From assembly GCA_030538155.1 (NCBI GenBank), contig JAUNUN010000001.1, positions 18,654 to 82,653 on the forward strand: 64,000 nucleotides of DNA. Direction: 5' to 3'. The DNA comes from a bacterium (lineage in GTDB: Bacteria; Desulfobacterota; Desulfobulbia; Desulfobulbales; Desulfobulbaceae). The notes beneath the pieces are model-generated. The model saw only the letters and a program-made list of their open reading frames with translations, was not told the origin of the DNA and searched no databases. Shown here piece by piece: positions 1 through 10,233 of the stretch (the first letter of the stretch is position 1; each line of letters begins with the position of its first letter). A program made the position numbers and the translations under genes.

Positions 1-1761
1 TGGTTTCCGGAACGCGAGGACGCGGAACACAGGGTTGAAACGGCCCAGCGACAAACAGCCGAATTGTTTCTCCAGGCACAGCAATTTGAGGAAGAAGGCC
101 GATACGGCAAGGCCCTGGAATGCACCCAAGCCGTCCTTGCCCTCATTCCAGACGAGCCTGCGGCCAAAGCCATGGTCCAGCGCCTGCAGCAGTCCTCTTT
201 TATAACCGACTCCCTCACCGATGCGCTCAACGACCAGGAGGATCTCGGCATTGACCTGGAAAGCGTCGCCACTCAGCCGGCTCCGGCTGCAACACCTGCG
301 CCTGAAGAAAAGACCAAAAAAGGCCCCCGTAAACCGCTCCTGCCGGAAGGTTTTCCCGTAAGACGGGTGTTGCTTGTCATCTTCTCCGTATCTGCGCTGC
401 TCTGGCTGGGCATGCAGGGGATGAACGACTGGATTGTCCTCGACCGTATACAGAAAGGCATTCGCGAAGGCCAGGCGCAATTGCAGGCAAAAGATTATTT
501 CGTCGCGAAGGACACCCTGGAAAGAACGCGTCAGGGTATAAGCGGCCTGAGCCTGCTCTGGTTTCGCGAATCTGCCCTGCAAAAGGAAGTTGACGCCCTG
601 CTCAACTCGCCCGAGTTGAAGGAAGGCGCACAGGGGCGTGTACTGTATCAGGGCAAGTATATGGATGAGGCGGCCGTCCAGGCCCTGGAAGACTTGGCCC
701 GGCTTGAAAAGAATGCGCAGGAATTTGCAGGCAAAAAAGACTACGAAGCTGCCCTGCTCAGCTACAATAAGGCCCTGCAGCGCATTGAGGCCCTGCCTCT
801 CTTGCAGGAGAAAGAACGGCTCAGCGGCGAAATCCGCACCCTGGAGGTGGAAAGGGTGCTGGCCCTTGCAAGCCGGGCAGAGGAAGAGCATAAATGGGAT
901 GAGGCCATGACGTTCTACCGGCAGGCCGAATCTTTCTTGCAGACCACTCCTGCATTGACGCAGCAATTCGGTGCGGAGCTCAAGCATCGCCTTGGCGGTC
1001 TGAGCCTGCGACAAACTGTAGCTAAGGCCCTTGTTGCCATGGAAAACGATCAGTTGGAAGCAGCCCGTACCCATGTACGTGCAGCGGAGCAAAAGCTGGC
1101 CGCAAACCCGCAAGGCGCTTCAGCTCAGGATATGCTCCAACTGAATTCAGCCCGTGTGCAGTTGCAGATGTACGCCATCCTGCCCGAGGCAAAAAAAGCT
1201 TTCGAAAAGCAGCAGTGGCAGCAGGCCGCAGCCCAGTATCAAGAGGCCATTGATCTTTTGGCAAAGAGCAGACCTGAGGTGCAGCGTTCGCTTCAGGCAG
1301 TGCGAAACAAGCTGCAAGGTGCCTTTGAGCTCAGCCGCCTCAACCAGACCCTTGATGAAGCGCTTGCAGCGGAGAGGAAAAAAGACTGGGCAACAGTTGT
1401 CCGCCTGGAAAATGCGGCCCTTGCCCGCCTGGCCAGAGGAGGCGGCATGGCCGATGATCCGGAACTTGCCGGGTTGAAACGCAGACTGGAAGACCAACTC
1501 GCTCAGCACAAACAGGAGCTTGATCTGCTGGAAAAGGGTAAATGGCTGGAGACGCGCGGTCTTGACTATTTCCGCACCAACTATCCCACCTTCAAAGAGT
1601 CTAGCCTGAGCGCCCCCAAAGCCGTCTTTCTGCGCCGGGAAGGCTCAAGGCAGATCTTTGAACTCAGCTCCATGGACAGCAGTGGCGGTAGGCCCTCCAA
1701 ACTGGTACTGCTCTACGCCTTTGATGAACGAACCGGACAATGGGCCATTTTCAGAGAATAG
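1..1761 (+). CDS. TPR-like/coiled-coil membrane protein of unknown function (5' end probably outside the window)
   Basis: Frame 1 is open from nt 1, with no stop and no ATG before the TTG at 64, so the N-terminus may lie left of the window. One predicted TM helix (VLLVIFSVSALLWLGMQGM) is followed by about 450 aa of A/L/Q/E-rich helical, TPR-like repeats. No catalytic motif recognised. Confidence 0.6.
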   Translation, partial: WFPEREDAEHRVETAQRQTAELFLQAQQFEEEGRYGKALECTQAVLALIPDEPAAKAMVQRLQQSSFITDSLTDALNDQEDLGIDLESVATQPAPAATPAPEEKTKKGPRKPLLPEGFPVRRVLLVIFSVSALLWLGMQGMNDWIVLDRIQKGIREGQAQLQAKDYFVAKDTLERTRQGISGLSLLWFRESALQKEVDALLNSPELKEGAQGRVLYQGKYMDEAAVQALEDLARLEKNAQEFAGKKDYEAALLSYNKALQRIEALPLLQEKERLSGEIRTLEVERVLALASRAEEEHKWDEAMTFYRQAESFLQTTPALTQQFGAELKHRLGGLSLRQTVAKALVAMENDQLEAARTHVRAAEQKLAANPQGASAQDMLQLNSARVQLQMYAILPEAKKAFEKQQWQQAAAQYQEAIDLLAKSRPEVQRSLQAVRNKLQGAFELSRLNQTLDEALAAERKKDWATVVRLENAALARLARGGGMADDPELAGLKRRLEDQLAQHKQELDLLEKGKWLETRGLDYFRTNYPTFKESSLSAPKAVFLRREGSRQIFELSSMDSSGGRPSKLVLLYAFDERTGQWAIFRE

Positions 1762-1842
1762 CGCTGGCGCTGAGCCATGTGGAGCTGAGGCACTACGGCA
1801 AAATAAGGGTGGATGCAGAAAACGCTTGCTACGAAAATCAAT

Positions 1843-2814
1843 TCATACCAGAAAGCGAAATTCGCCCTTACCCAGCAGATTGTGCAGATGAACTATTCCC
1901 AGCAGGCGATTGTCCTTGTCTACAACCGCAAGCACTGTAATCTCATGCTGCTGCATGAGGCTGAGCGCGTCTGCAGCAAGAAGATCACTGGCAATGGCAA
2001 GGGGGCTTGCGGTCATGATCTCTCCCAGACTCAAGGCGTCAAAGGATTTTCCGGAAGACAGGGCCCTACGTATATCACCATCGGTTACGATGCCAGCTAG
2101 TTCAGACTGAGCGCCCACCACAAAGACCGCACCAAGGTTTTTCTCATTTAGCTCGGAAACGGCCGCCGCCAGACTCGTGTTCATATCTACCTGCGGCACA
2201 TTTGTGTCGGTGAGCATCACTTCACGGATGGCCACCTTAAGCCGAGCACCCAAGCTGCCGCCGGGATGGTTGCGGCGAAAGTCCTCTTCCTGGAATTGCT
2301 TGCGCTCCAGCAGAACCACTGCAAGCGCATCGCCCAGGGCCAGCATGGCCGTGGTCGACGCGGTTGGCGCTAGACCCAGCGGACAGGCTTCTCGCGGCAC
2401 GGCGCAGTTGAGCATGATCCGGGCCAACTGCCCCAAAGTGGAATCCGGCCGACCGCAAATGGCGATGATGGGCACCTTCCGTTGCTGCACACTGTGCAGC
2501 AACTGGTTGAGTTCAGCGGTTTCTCCGGAATAGGACAAAGCCAGGACCGTATCGGTGTCAGCCACCAGCCCCAGATCACCGTGCATCGCTTCAACCGGAT
2601 GCAGAAAAAAGGCTGGTGTGCCGGTCGAATTGAGGGTTGCGGCTATTTTTTGGCCAACCAGGCCTGATTTGCCGATGCCGGTTACCACCAGGCGGCTCGG
2701 GCAGGCCAAAATCAGCTCGATTGCCGCTTCAAACTCCTGCCCCAGCCGGTCATGCACGGCGCGCAGCCCTTCGGCTTCGACCGCCAGTACCCTTTTTGCC
2801 TCTGAAACGCTCAT
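1843..2814 (-). CDS. kpsF: Arabinose-5-phosphate isomerase, KpsF/GutQ family (SIS domain plus CBS pair)
   Basis: SIS motif VVTGIGKSGLVGQKIAATLNSTGTPAFFLHPVEAMHGDLG and a C-terminal CBS pair. I chose the start at MSVSEAKR (ATG 2814..2812), which overlaps the TGA of the upstream gene by 1 nt. The ORF-track extension to 2961 overlaps that gene and looks non-coding. Confidence 0.9.
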   Translation of the reverse strand: MSVSEAKRVLAVEAEGLRAVHDRLGQEFEAAIELILACPSRLVVTGIGKSGLVGQKIAATLNSTGTPAFFLHPVEAMHGDLGLVADTDTVLALSYSGETAELNQLLHSVQQRKVPIIAICGRPDSTLGQLARIMLNCAVPREACPLGLAPTASTTAMLALGDALAVVLLERKQFQEEDFRRNHPGGSLGARLKVAIREVMLTDTNVPQVDMNTSLAAAVSELNEKNLGAVFVVGAQSELAGIVTDGDIRRALSSGKSFDALSLGEIMTASPLAIASDLLAADALSLMQQHEITVLAVVDKDNRLLGIVHLHNLLGKGEFRFLV

Positions 2815-3818
2815 CAATCCTCCTGCACATCCACGACAACGCGGCCCTTTCCCTGTCCTGCCAGCATGGCGTCCATCTCGGTAGAAACCTGCCCCAAGGG
2901 GATGACCCTGCTCAATTGCGCTATTTTCGGCAATTTCCATTCTCCAGCCAGTTTCTCCCACACCCTGAGCCGCTTGTCCATGGGCGTATCTGCTGAATAG
3001 ATGCCGATCAGATGGACGCCACGAAGAATGAAGGGGTAGACGTTGAGCGCTATTTCGTGGGAAGCGGCGTTGCCGCAGATGGCAACCACACCATCAAAAC
3101 GGGTGCTTTTGACCGCTGTGGCCAGGATATCGCCGCCAACCGTATCTATCACGCCAGCCCAACGGGCTGAGAGGAGCAGCCTGTCCTTGTTGGCCAGAAA
3201 TTGCTGCGGCGATTCGATCCCGCTTGCGCCTAGATCGTTTAGATATGGTTTCGCATGCGCTTTGCTGGTCAGGGCGATTACCCGGTAGCCCAACTGGCTG
3301 AGCAGATGAACCGCAATGCTGCCCACACCACCGGTGGCGCCGCTCACCAGTACTTCACCTTTGTCGGGCCGTACCCCGTTGTCCTGCAGGGTAAGAACGC
3401 TAAGCGCGGCAGTATATCCAGCTGTGCCTAACTGCATGGTTTCAAGAAAAGACAAGGATTCGGGCTTGCGCACCAGCCATTCGGCAGGCACACGAATATA
3501 CTGTGCCAGACCGCCGGAAGTGTTCATGCCCAAATCATAGCCTGTGCATAGCACCTCATCGCCTTCCTTGAAGGCGGAATCGGTGGAATAGGCCACCACA
3601 CCAGCGGCATCAATTCCAGGAGTATGGGGATAGTGTTTGCTGACACCGGTATTGCCGCTGCCCGAAAGTGCATCTTTATAATTCAGGGAGGAATACAAGA
3701 CTCGAACCAAGACTGTACCTGCGGGCAGATCGCCCACCTGACGCTCTTCAATAGCCCGTGTGCAGGTGCCATCCGCATGTTTGCGAACCACTAGGGCGCG
3801 AAAAGATTGATCTGCCAT
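2814..3818 (-). CDS. NADPH:quinone oxidoreductase-like MDR, YhdH/YhfP (AcuI acrylyl-CoA reductase) family
   Basis: The N-terminus (RALVVRK...VLVRVLYSSLNYKDALSGSGNTGVSKHYPHTPGIDAAGVV) and the GATGGVGS nucleotide-binding loop are typical of the YhdH subfamily of medium-chain dehydrogenases. Confidence 0.85.
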   Translation of the reverse strand: MADQSFRALVVRKHADGTCTRAIEERQVGDLPAGTVLVRVLYSSLNYKDALSGSGNTGVSKHYPHTPGIDAAGVVAYSTDSAFKEGDEVLCTGYDLGMNTSGGLAQYIRVPAEWLVRKPESLSFLETMQLGTAGYTAALSVLTLQDNGVRPDKGEVLVSGATGGVGSIAVHLLSQLGYRVIALTSKAHAKPYLNDLGASGIESPQQFLANKDRLLLSARWAGVIDTVGGDILATAVKSTRFDGVVAICGNAASHEIALNVYPFILRGVHLIGIYSADTPMDKRLRVWEKLAGEWKLPKIAQLSRVIPLGQVSTEMDAMLAGQGKGRVVVDVQED

Positions 3819-3853
3819 ACTAACCTCCTTCGTATAAAAAGTGCCGGCCCAAG

Positions 3854-4588
3854 CTAGAGCAGCCTGAGTTGTCCGCCGAGTACGGTACGCACCTGACCAT
3901 CGTCCTGACGAAACAGGTAACGGCCGCGCTCATCAATGCCAAGGCCAATTCCAGTGCCCAGCGTCGTATCGCGTAACAGATGCTGAATCCTTCGCCCAGA
4001 AAGATAATCCGCCTCCTGCCATTGGGCAAGGAAGGTGGCGCGTTCTGCAAGCAGTTGATCAACCCGGCGATTAATGCCTGCCACAGCGGCCCACAGAAGA
4101 GCAGCCATGTTCTGCACGGCTCCGCTACAGTCGCGCACGGTGCTGATAATCTCATACAACTCAGGCGGAAAATCACTGGTGTGGCTGTTCACATTCAAGC
4201 CAACCCCAACAACAACAGCAGCCTTGGCTTCTGCGCGGATGGGCATGCAGTACTCGCTTAAAATACCGGCAATCTTCTTACCAGAGCAGTAGAGATCATT
4301 AGGCCATTTAATGTGCACCCCAAGACCGCATTGTTCCCTTAGAGCATCACGGCAACCCAGACCGGCGGCCAAGGTCATCATGGCAATTTCTTGCGGCAGG
4401 AGCGCTGGATTCAGGATCAGAGAAAAATACAAACCGCCTGGAGGAGAGAGAAAAGAACGGTCATACTGCCCCCTGCCAGCGCTCTGCTGACCGGCCTGAA
4501 TGACCGTCCCTGGAAGGATGCCCTGCTGAACCAGCTCTTTTGCCAGCCGATTGGTTGAATCAAGCCGGTCGTGATAGATTAGCTGCAT
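3854..4588 (-). CDS. birA: Biotin--[acetyl-CoA-carboxylase] ligase (class I, no N-terminal HTH)
   Basis: LDSTN, the QSAGRGQYDRSF biotin-binding loop, GGLYFSLIL and KWPNDL motifs. At 244 aa there is no DNA-binding domain. Confidence 0.85.
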   Translation of the reverse strand: MQLIYHDRLDSTNRLAKELVQQGILPGTVIQAGQQSAGRGQYDRSFLSPPGGLYFSLILNPALLPQEIAMMTLAAGLGCRDALREQCGLGVHIKWPNDLYCSGKKIAGILSEYCMPIRAEAKAAVVVGVGLNVNSHTSDFPPELYEIISTVRDCSGAVQNMAALLWAAVAGINRRVDQLLAERATFLAQWQEADYLSGRRIQHLLRDTTLGTGIGLGIDERGRYLFRQDDGQVRTVLGGQLRLL

Positions 4589-4771
4589 GACGAATAGGAA
4601 AGAGTTGCCGCGTCAACTTCCTGATTCCATTGATACACCAGACTTCGTGAGTATCGGCCCCAGCAAGTGCTTGCTGAACGTACGGGTATTATTTCGACAG
4701 CCTCACTTCTCTGATACTTTTGCGCTGATCTGTAAATGGAATGACACTGCCAATATGAATAAAAATAGAAC

Positions 4772-4803
4772 AAAAAAAGCAGAGACCTGTCACGATCTCT
4801 GCT
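4772..4803 (-). terminator. Rho-independent terminator of the dsrABD operon
   Basis: Minus strand reads GCAGAGA-tcgtgacagg-TCTCTGC followed by TTTTTTT, 29 nt after the dsrD TAA. Confidence 0.8.
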
Positions 4804-4831
4804 TCAGCGCGGCGTAGCGCAAAAAATACTA

Positions 4832-5062
4832 TTATTTTTCTTCGTTCTGAATCCGATCGGGACGGGCATACATGGTGGTGGAACCTGAAGACCAGAACAT
4901 CAGTTCACCTTCAGTAACCAATTGATTGGCAACTTTTTTGATGTCACGTGGCTTGGCATCTGGATCGCACTCGTAAAAATCTTTGATGTACAACTGAGGT
5001 TTCGGGGATTTTTTGGCCTTTTCAATTATGGCTTTTTTCAGGTCTTCAGTGCTTAATGCCAT
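4832..5062 (-). CDS. dsrD: Dissimilatory sulfite reductase-associated protein DsrD (76 aa)
   Basis: MALSTEDLKKAIIEKAKKSPKPQLYIKDFY...KKVANQLVTEGELMFWSSGSTTMY is a typical DsrD winged-helix sequence. ATG at 5062..5060. The longer ORF-track call to 5551 overlaps dsrB and was rejected. Confidence 0.9.
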   Translation of the reverse strand: MALSTEDLKKAIIEKAKKSPKPQLYIKDFYECDPDAKPRDIKKVANQLVTEGELMFWSSGSTTMYARPDRIQNEEK

Positions 5063-5087
5063 GAGGAACTCCTTGTGAGAATAAGAT

Positions 5088-5129
5088 AAAAAACAATCCG
5101 GCCAGCCCCCAAAATTGAGAGCCGGCCGG
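5088..5129 (-). terminator. Intercistronic GC-rich hairpin with T-tract between dsrB and dsrD (attenuator or processing/stability element)
   Basis: Minus strand reads CCGGCCGGCTCT-caattttg-GGGGCTGGCCGG (about 12 bp including G.U pairs) followed by ATTGTTTTTT. It starts 13 nt after the dsrB stop. Confidence 0.5.
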
Positions 5130-5141
5130 TGGGAATCAGAA

Positions 5142-6281
5142 TTACTTGGTGTATGCGTCGGTGTGGGTGGTGTACTTGAACAGGGTGCTGGTACGCCACG
5201 TGTTATAGGCCAAACGGTAGTCGTCAATGGATTTTTCAGTGAAGGGGATACCCGTCTTCTCGAAAAATTTTTCCCAACCGATCCGCTCTGCCCATTCGCC
5301 AACCCGCTCATACTTGCGAGCATCCTTGGCGTATGCTTCCAGAATCTGGCGCACACAGGCCACGGTTTCCGGCCAGCGCGGGGTGTTGTTCGGCAGGAAC
5401 GGCACCACCAGCTTGGAGAACTTCGGCGCAGATTTGGAGTTCGACACCTTACCGCCAACCAGGATGGCAATACCGTCACCTTCCGGATCTGAGAGGGGCA
5501 TGGCCGGGCACATGGTGTAGCAGTTACCGCAGAACATACAACGCTCTGCATTGACCTTAACCGTCTTCACCTCTTCGCCCTTTACAGTGGCCTTTGCCGG
5601 CCGTACCGCACCCAGCGGACAGGAAGCAATGGCCAGCGGCAGCTCGCACACGCCGGTGATGCGCTCGTGGTCGATCATCGGCGGCTTGCGGTGGATACCC
5701 AGAATGGCGATATCAGAGGCATGTACAGCACCGCACATGTTCAGACAGCAGGCCAGGGCAATGCGCACCTGAGCCGGCAGGGTCATGCTGCCGAAATACT
5801 CGAACAGATCATCCATTACCGCCTTAACCGGGCCGGAGGCGTCGGTTGCCGGGGTGTGGCAGTGGACCCATCCCTGGGTGTGAACAATGTTGGTCACACA
5901 GGCGCCAGTGCCGCCGATGGGGAACTTGTTGCCGTAGCTTTTGATGGTCTCTTTCAGGGGGGCAACCTTGTCTTCGGCATCCACCATGAATTCGATGTTG
6001 TTCCGGGTGGTGAAGCGCACAAAGCCGTCACAGTGCTTGTCGGCGATATCACAGATATCACGTACATAGTTTACCGTTACAAGACGGGGGGAACCGCAGC
6101 GAACAGTAAAGACCTTGGCTCCGCTCTCTGCCACGTGCACCAGCACGCCCGGCTCCAGAATCTCGTGATACAGCCATTTGCCTTTATTTTCCTTGATTAC
6201 CGGCGGGAGGAAATCACCAAAATAGTGCGGCCCCAAGTCGGTAATACGGCCTTCCATTGGATTTTTCGGATCGTAGCCCAT
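5142..6281 (-). CDS. dsrB: Dissimilatory sulfite reductase beta subunit
   Basis: Full-length match in character to DsrB, with siroheme/[4Fe-4S] Cys clusters (CGNCYTMCP ferredoxin insert, [11 protein letters not shown]). AAGGAGA SD upstream. Directly follows dsrA. Confidence 0.95.
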   Translation of the reverse strand: MGYDPKNPMEGRITDLGPHYFGDFLPPVIKENKGKWLYHEILEPGVLVHVAESGAKVFTVRCGSPRLVTVNYVRDICDIADKHCDGFVRFTTRNNIEFMVDAEDKVAPLKETIKSYGNKFPIGGTGACVTNIVHTQGWVHCHTPATDASGPVKAVMDDLFEYFGSMTLPAQVRIALACCLNMCGAVHASDIAILGIHRKPPMIDHERITGVCELPLAIASCPLGAVRPAKATVKGEEVKTVKVNAERCMFCGNCYTMCPAMPLSDPEGDGIAILVGGKVSNSKSAPKFSKLVVPFLPNNTPRWPETVACVRQILEAYAKDARKYERVGEWAERIGWEKFFEKTGIPFTEKSIDDYRLAYNTWRTSTLFKYTTHTDAYTK

Positions 6282-6333
6282 GCTTATCTCCTTAGCTTAA
6301 GATATCAATAAATGGAGTTTTTCTCGGTAATCA

Positions 6334-7623
6334 TCAGGCCGCGTGACGCTTGCGGAACTCGACGATATCACGCTCCCAGCCGCCGGGCACTTCTTCTTCC
6401 TTCCAGAACACGTACGGATTGGAGCGCGGCTCCTGAACATGCTGCGGAATGGGCTCAATCTCCATAACGCTCAGGAAGGTGGGCAGGCCGACGCGCTGCA
6501 TGGTTTCACCCACACGCTCGCGGTTCTTGCCGACTTCCATCCACCAGTCCCAAACCTTCTCGATTACGTCGATCAGATCCTGGAAGTCGTTGTCCTTGGT
6601 AACCGGGAGGAACGGAATGACCAGGGTACCGAACTGAGCGCCGTCCAGAATCGGAGCCTTGGCGCCGATGCAGATGCTTGCGCCTTTCTGCTCGCCGGGA
6701 CGAAGCGCGCGCGGCATTACGTTGATGCAGTGCATACAGCGGTTGCACTCGGCATCATCAATTTTCAGCTCGTCCCCTTCCATCCACATGCAGCGGGTCG
6801 GGCACAGGTTGAGCACTTCCTTGCGGATGTCGAACTTACCCCAGTCGCCGCCCTTGTGGGCGCCGGCGCAGGAAGGATAGGCCGGATCGTTGGCCACATA
6901 CTTCTTCACGGCGTCCTGATCAATGCGGATTTTGTCCTTCCAGGTACCAATAACGGCGAAATCGGAACGGGCAATCGCGGCCACGCAGTCGTTCGGGCAA
7001 CCGGAGAATTTAAATTTGAACTTGTAGGGGAAGGCAGGACGATGGATTTCATCCTGATAGTGCATGGTCAGGCTGTGGCAGGCTTCCTGTGCATCGTAGC
7101 AGGACCACTCACAGCGAGAATCACCAAGACAGCAGGAAGGTGTGCGCAGGTTGGAGCCGGAGCCGCCGAGATCCTGGCCCAGGTCATGGGTCAGGTCCCA
7201 GAACAGAGGCTCAAGATTTTCAGTACGGGTGCCGAGGAAAATCAGGTCGCCGGTGGAACCATGGATATTGGTTACGCCGGAGCCGTATTTCTCCCACAGA
7301 TCCATCAGCGCGCGCAGATTCTCGGTGCTGTAGTACATGCCCGAAGGCTGGGCAATACGTACGGTGTGAAAGTGTTCAACACCGGGGAACTGCTCAGGCA
7401 CATCCGAATAACGACCGACAATACCGCCGCCGTATCCGAAAACGCCAACGATACCGCCGTGTTTCCAGTGGGTAATACGGTCTTTGTAGGAGAGCTCAAG
7501 CTGGCCAAGGATATCCCAGCACTCCGGCTTGGTCGCTGCCTGCTGTTTAAGGTCGGTGACGAAACTCGGCCAAGGGCCTTTTTCCAGCTCGTCCAGTAGA
7601 GGCGTTTTGTGCTGCTTTGCCAT
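6334..7623 (-). CDS. dsrA: Dissimilatory sulfite reductase alpha subunit
   Basis: N-terminus MAKQHKTPLLDELEKGPWPSFVTDLK, HWKHGGIVGVFGYGGG, Cys clusters and a ferredoxin-like insert (CNRCMHCINVMP). Strong AGGAGG SD 7 nt upstream. Confidence 0.95.
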   Translation of the reverse strand: MAKQHKTPLLDELEKGPWPSFVTDLKQQAATKPECWDILGQLELSYKDRITHWKHGGIVGVFGYGGGIVGRYSDVPEQFPGVEHFHTVRIAQPSGMYYSTENLRALMDLWEKYGSGVTNIHGSTGDLIFLGTRTENLEPLFWDLTHDLGQDLGGSGSNLRTPSCCLGDSRCEWSCYDAQEACHSLTMHYQDEIHRPAFPYKFKFKFSGCPNDCVAAIARSDFAVIGTWKDKIRIDQDAVKKYVANDPAYPSCAGAHKGGDWGKFDIRKEVLNLCPTRCMWMEGDELKIDDAECNRCMHCINVMPRALRPGEQKGASICIGAKAPILDGAQFGTLVIPFLPVTKDNDFQDLIDVIEKVWDWWMEVGKNRERVGETMQRVGLPTFLSVMEIEPIPQHVQEPRSNPYVFWKEEEVPGGWERDIVEFRKRHAA

Positions 7624-7740
7624 CAGTGTTCCTCCTAGAAGAAGTGTGGGTGAAAAAACGAGACCTCATAGTCTCTGCCTGCGTGATGAACAAACAGGCA
7701 AAATTACGATAGTCTATATTGAATGCTCATTCATTGGCGG

Positions 7741-7769
7741 AGCATAAACGCCTGCAAAATCTTTGTCAA
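7741..7769 (-). promoter_or_regulatory. Candidate sigma-70 promoter of dsrA
   Basis: Minus strand reads TTGACA, a 17-nt spacer, then TATGCT. It lies about 115 nt upstream of the dsrA ATG. Pattern match only. Confidence 0.35.
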
Positions 7770-7820
7770 CTAAAATTCAAGATCCTGTAATTACCGGAAA
7801 AGGGTTCAATCTCCGCGGAG

Positions 7821-9434
7821 TTATCGGAGTATCCCGGCCTGTTCCAGCAGTACCTCCTCAACCGATGTCGCCACCGTGGCTCCCTGACCCTTTGTACCTG
7901 AATGAGCGACAATGTGCAGCAGCTTCGTGGCCAGCACCTTGCCCAGTTGCACCCCTTCCTGGTCAAAGGAGTTGATATTCCAGCAGAAGCCTTGAAAGGC
8001 GATACGATGCTCGTAGAGGGCCAGCAAAGCGCCCATCTGGCAGGGAGTGAGCTGCTCGGCAATGAGAACCAGATTGGGCCGGTTGCCGGGAAAACGCCTG
8101 GCAGGGTTATCGTCTTCCTTGCCCTGGGCCAGGGCTAGTGACTGGGCCAGCATATTGACGACCAGTTTTTCTTGCGAAGTGGTCTTTGAGACTTCTATAT
8201 CAAGCCCGCGCTGATTGCGGCGGAAACCGATGAATTCAGCCGGAATAATCTCGGTACCCTGATGGATGAGTTGGTAGAAGGCATGTTGTCCATTGGTGCC
8301 GGGCTCCCCCCAGATAATGGGCCCGGTCTTCCAGTCGACCGCCCTGCCCTGGCGAGTGACTGATTTGCCGTTACTCTCCATGTCGCACTGCTGCAGATGC
8401 GCCGGAAAACGGGACAACGCCTGACTATAGGGCAGGATGGCACAGGTGGGACAGCCGAGAAAATTCCGGTTCCAGATGCCGATCAGAGCCATGAGCAGGG
8501 GCAGGTTGCTGCGGATATCCACCTTTTCGCCCACCACATCCATCTCCCAGGCACCACGCAGGAACTCCATGAGGGCACCGTAACCCAAGGTGAAACCAAG
8601 GGTGACCGCCCCCACCATGGAGGTAGCGGAATAGCGGCCGCCAATATAATCGTACATGTAAAAGGAGGCGAGATAGCGGCCGGTATCGTCCATGGGCCCG
8701 CCTTCACCGGTTACCGCCAGTAGATGTTGTTTTGGTTCCAGCCCGGCCTGGGTCAGGGCACTGCGTACCAGTTCTTCGTTGGTCAGGGTTTCCAGGGTGG
8801 TGCCGCTTTTGGAAACAATCACAAAAAGGCTGCGGCTCAAGTCCAGGCCTGCAAGCACGGCAGCGGTGTCGTCAGGATCCACGTTGGCGATGAAACGAGC
8901 CTCTCTGCCCGGAAGCGTATAGGCCTGCAAGGCGAGCGAGATTGCCCTTGGCCCCAGATCCGAACCGCCGATACCCACCTGCACCAGAGTGGTGAAAGAC
9001 TCGCCCTTGGCGTTGACAAGCCTGCCCTGTGCCAGATCATCCAGGAAAAGGCGCAGCTTTTCCAGTTCCTGTTTGGCCTTGGTAGTGGCCTCGGGAGCCT
9101 GGGGCTCCTCTGTGAACACATCACGGCTGGCGGTGTGCAGGACTTGGCGCTCTTCGCCGGCATAGCCCTCTATCCGGTTGAGCACCGCCCCTCTTTTCAT
9201 AGCCATGAACTGCTCGACCAATTTGGCCTCATCCGCGAGTTCCTGCAGGGCGTCGAGTACCGCCTCGTCCAGCCGCTCGGTTGCAAAAAGCAGATCAAAA
9301 CCGCAGGCGCTACTCTTCAGGGTCTTGAAACGGTCCACATTGAGAGCATCCGGCCGGGTCAGATCGTAGGGAATTCCGGCAAGCTCTGCCAGCCTTGTAG
9401 TTGCATTCAATGCTGAAAAGTCTTTATACGGCAT
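7821..9434 (-). CDS. pgi: Glucose-6-phosphate isomerase
   Basis: [25 protein letters not shown] and [19 protein letters not shown] motifs. Overlaps the rpe stop by 11 nt. Confidence 0.9.
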   Translation of the reverse strand: MPYKDFSALNATTRLAELAGIPYDLTRPDALNVDRFKTLKSSACGFDLLFATERLDEAVLDALQELADEAKLVEQFMAMKRGAVLNRIEGYAGEERQVLHTASRDVFTEEPQAPEATTKAKQELEKLRLFLDDLAQGRLVNAKGESFTTLVQVGIGGSDLGPRAISLALQAYTLPGREARFIANVDPDDTAAVLAGLDLSRSLFVIVSKSGTTLETLTNEELVRSALTQAGLEPKQHLLAVTGEGGPMDDTGRYLASFYMYDYIGGRYSATSMVGAVTLGFTLGYGALMEFLRGAWEMDVVGEKVDIRSNLPLLMALIGIWNRNFLGCPTCAILPYSQALSRFPAHLQQCDMESNGKSVTRQGRAVDWKTGPIIWGEPGTNGQHAFYQLIHQGTEIIPAEFIGFRRNQRGLDIEVSKTTSQEKLVVNMLAQSLALAQGKEDDNPARRFPGNRPNLVLIAEQLTPCQMGALLALYEHRIAFQGFCWNINSFDQEGVQLGKVLATKLLHIVAHSGTKGQGATVATSVEEVLLEQAGILR

Positions 9435-10131
9435 AGCTCTTACCTCCTGCTTGTAGACGGATGGTTTCCTTCATGACACTGATTACCTTTTCATAGGAAA
9501 CTTGCCCGTAAATCGCTGAACCAGCAACAAAAATATTGGCCCCTGCGGCTGTAACCGCACCGATGGTAGCAGGGCTGATGCCGCCATCCACCTCGATACC
9601 GGCAGTGGGGTTGTGTTCATCCAGCCGCGTCCGCAGTCTGCTGATTTTTTCCAGCGAGGAATGGATAAAAGACTGACCGCCGAAGCCGGGATTGACGGTC
9701 ATGAGCATGACAAAATCAACCATATCCAGCACATGATCCAGGCTGCACAGTGGCGTTGCCGGGTTGAGCACCACGCCGGCCTTCTTACCCGCATCCCGAA
9801 TGAGGGACAAGCTGCGGTGCAGGTGGATGCAGGCCTCCACGTGTACACTCACCCAGTCTGCTCCGGCGGCGATAAAATCACCAATATATTTGTCAGGATC
9901 GGTGATCATCAGATGCACATCCAGCGGCAGGCGGGTCACTTTGCGGGCAGCAGCCACCACCAGGGGGCCGATGGTGATGTTGGGCACAAAATGCCCATCC
10001 ATCACATCGATATGAATGCAATCAGCGCCCGCCTTTTCAACCGCACGGATTTCCTCGCCCAAACGGGAAAAATCAGCAGAAAGGATGGAGGGGGCGATCA
10101 TAGTTTGTCTCATTTCCGGCATTTCGGGCAT
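9424..10131 (-). CDS. rpe: Ribulose-phosphate 3-epimerase
   Basis: [10 protein letters not shown]...[16 protein letters not shown]...VNPGFGGQ...GGI motifs. The start is either ATG 10131 (GAGG about 10 nt upstream) or ATG 10101 (MIAPSIL). Confidence 0.9.
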   Translation of the reverse strand: MPEMPEMRQTMIAPSILSADFSRLGEEIRAVEKAGADCIHIDVMDGHFVPNITIGPLVVAAARKVTRLPLDVHLMITDPDKYIGDFIAAGADWVSVHVEACIHLHRSLSLIRDAGKKAGVVLNPATPLCSLDHVLDMVDFVMLMTVNPGFGGQSFIHSSLEKISRLRTRLDEHNPTAGIEVDGGISPATIGAVTAAGANIFVAGSAIYGQVSYEKVISVMKETIRLQAGGKSYAV

Positions 10132-10233
10132 ATCAGCGACCTCGAGTTAGAGCCATTTCTAGTGCACCACGCATGAATGCAGCAGAAGATATTGTAAAAA
10201 ACTGAGGATTGGCGGCCTGACTCGGCTTCTTCC

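Noticed and set aside
4832-5551. 239-aa ORF-track version of the dsrD reading frame.
   Set aside because: The N-terminal 163 aa overlap dsrB in another frame and look like noise. The recognisable DsrD sequence begins at the internal MALSTEDLK (ATG 5062).
6343-7599. Long antisense ORFs opposite well-supported genes. Examples: 6343-7599 opposite dsrA, 12045-12809 opposite rpoD, 13398-14267 opposite dnaG, 29858-30958 opposite ftsZ/ftsA, 34555-35925 opposite murG, 45173-46540 opposite ruvB, 51604-52764 opposite recN, 54918-56144 opposite gspE, and 57190-58671 opposite gspD.
   Set aside because: Their products are G/A/R/H/Q-rich and low in complexity, with no motifs. Open antisense frames are expected in GC-rich DNA. 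In every case the opposite strand encodes a full-length recognisable protein.
10102-10131. MPEMPEM tandem 9-nt duplication at the rpe 5' end as a meaningful repeat.
   Set aside because: It is a single short duplication whose only effect is start-codon ambiguity. No further copies exist.
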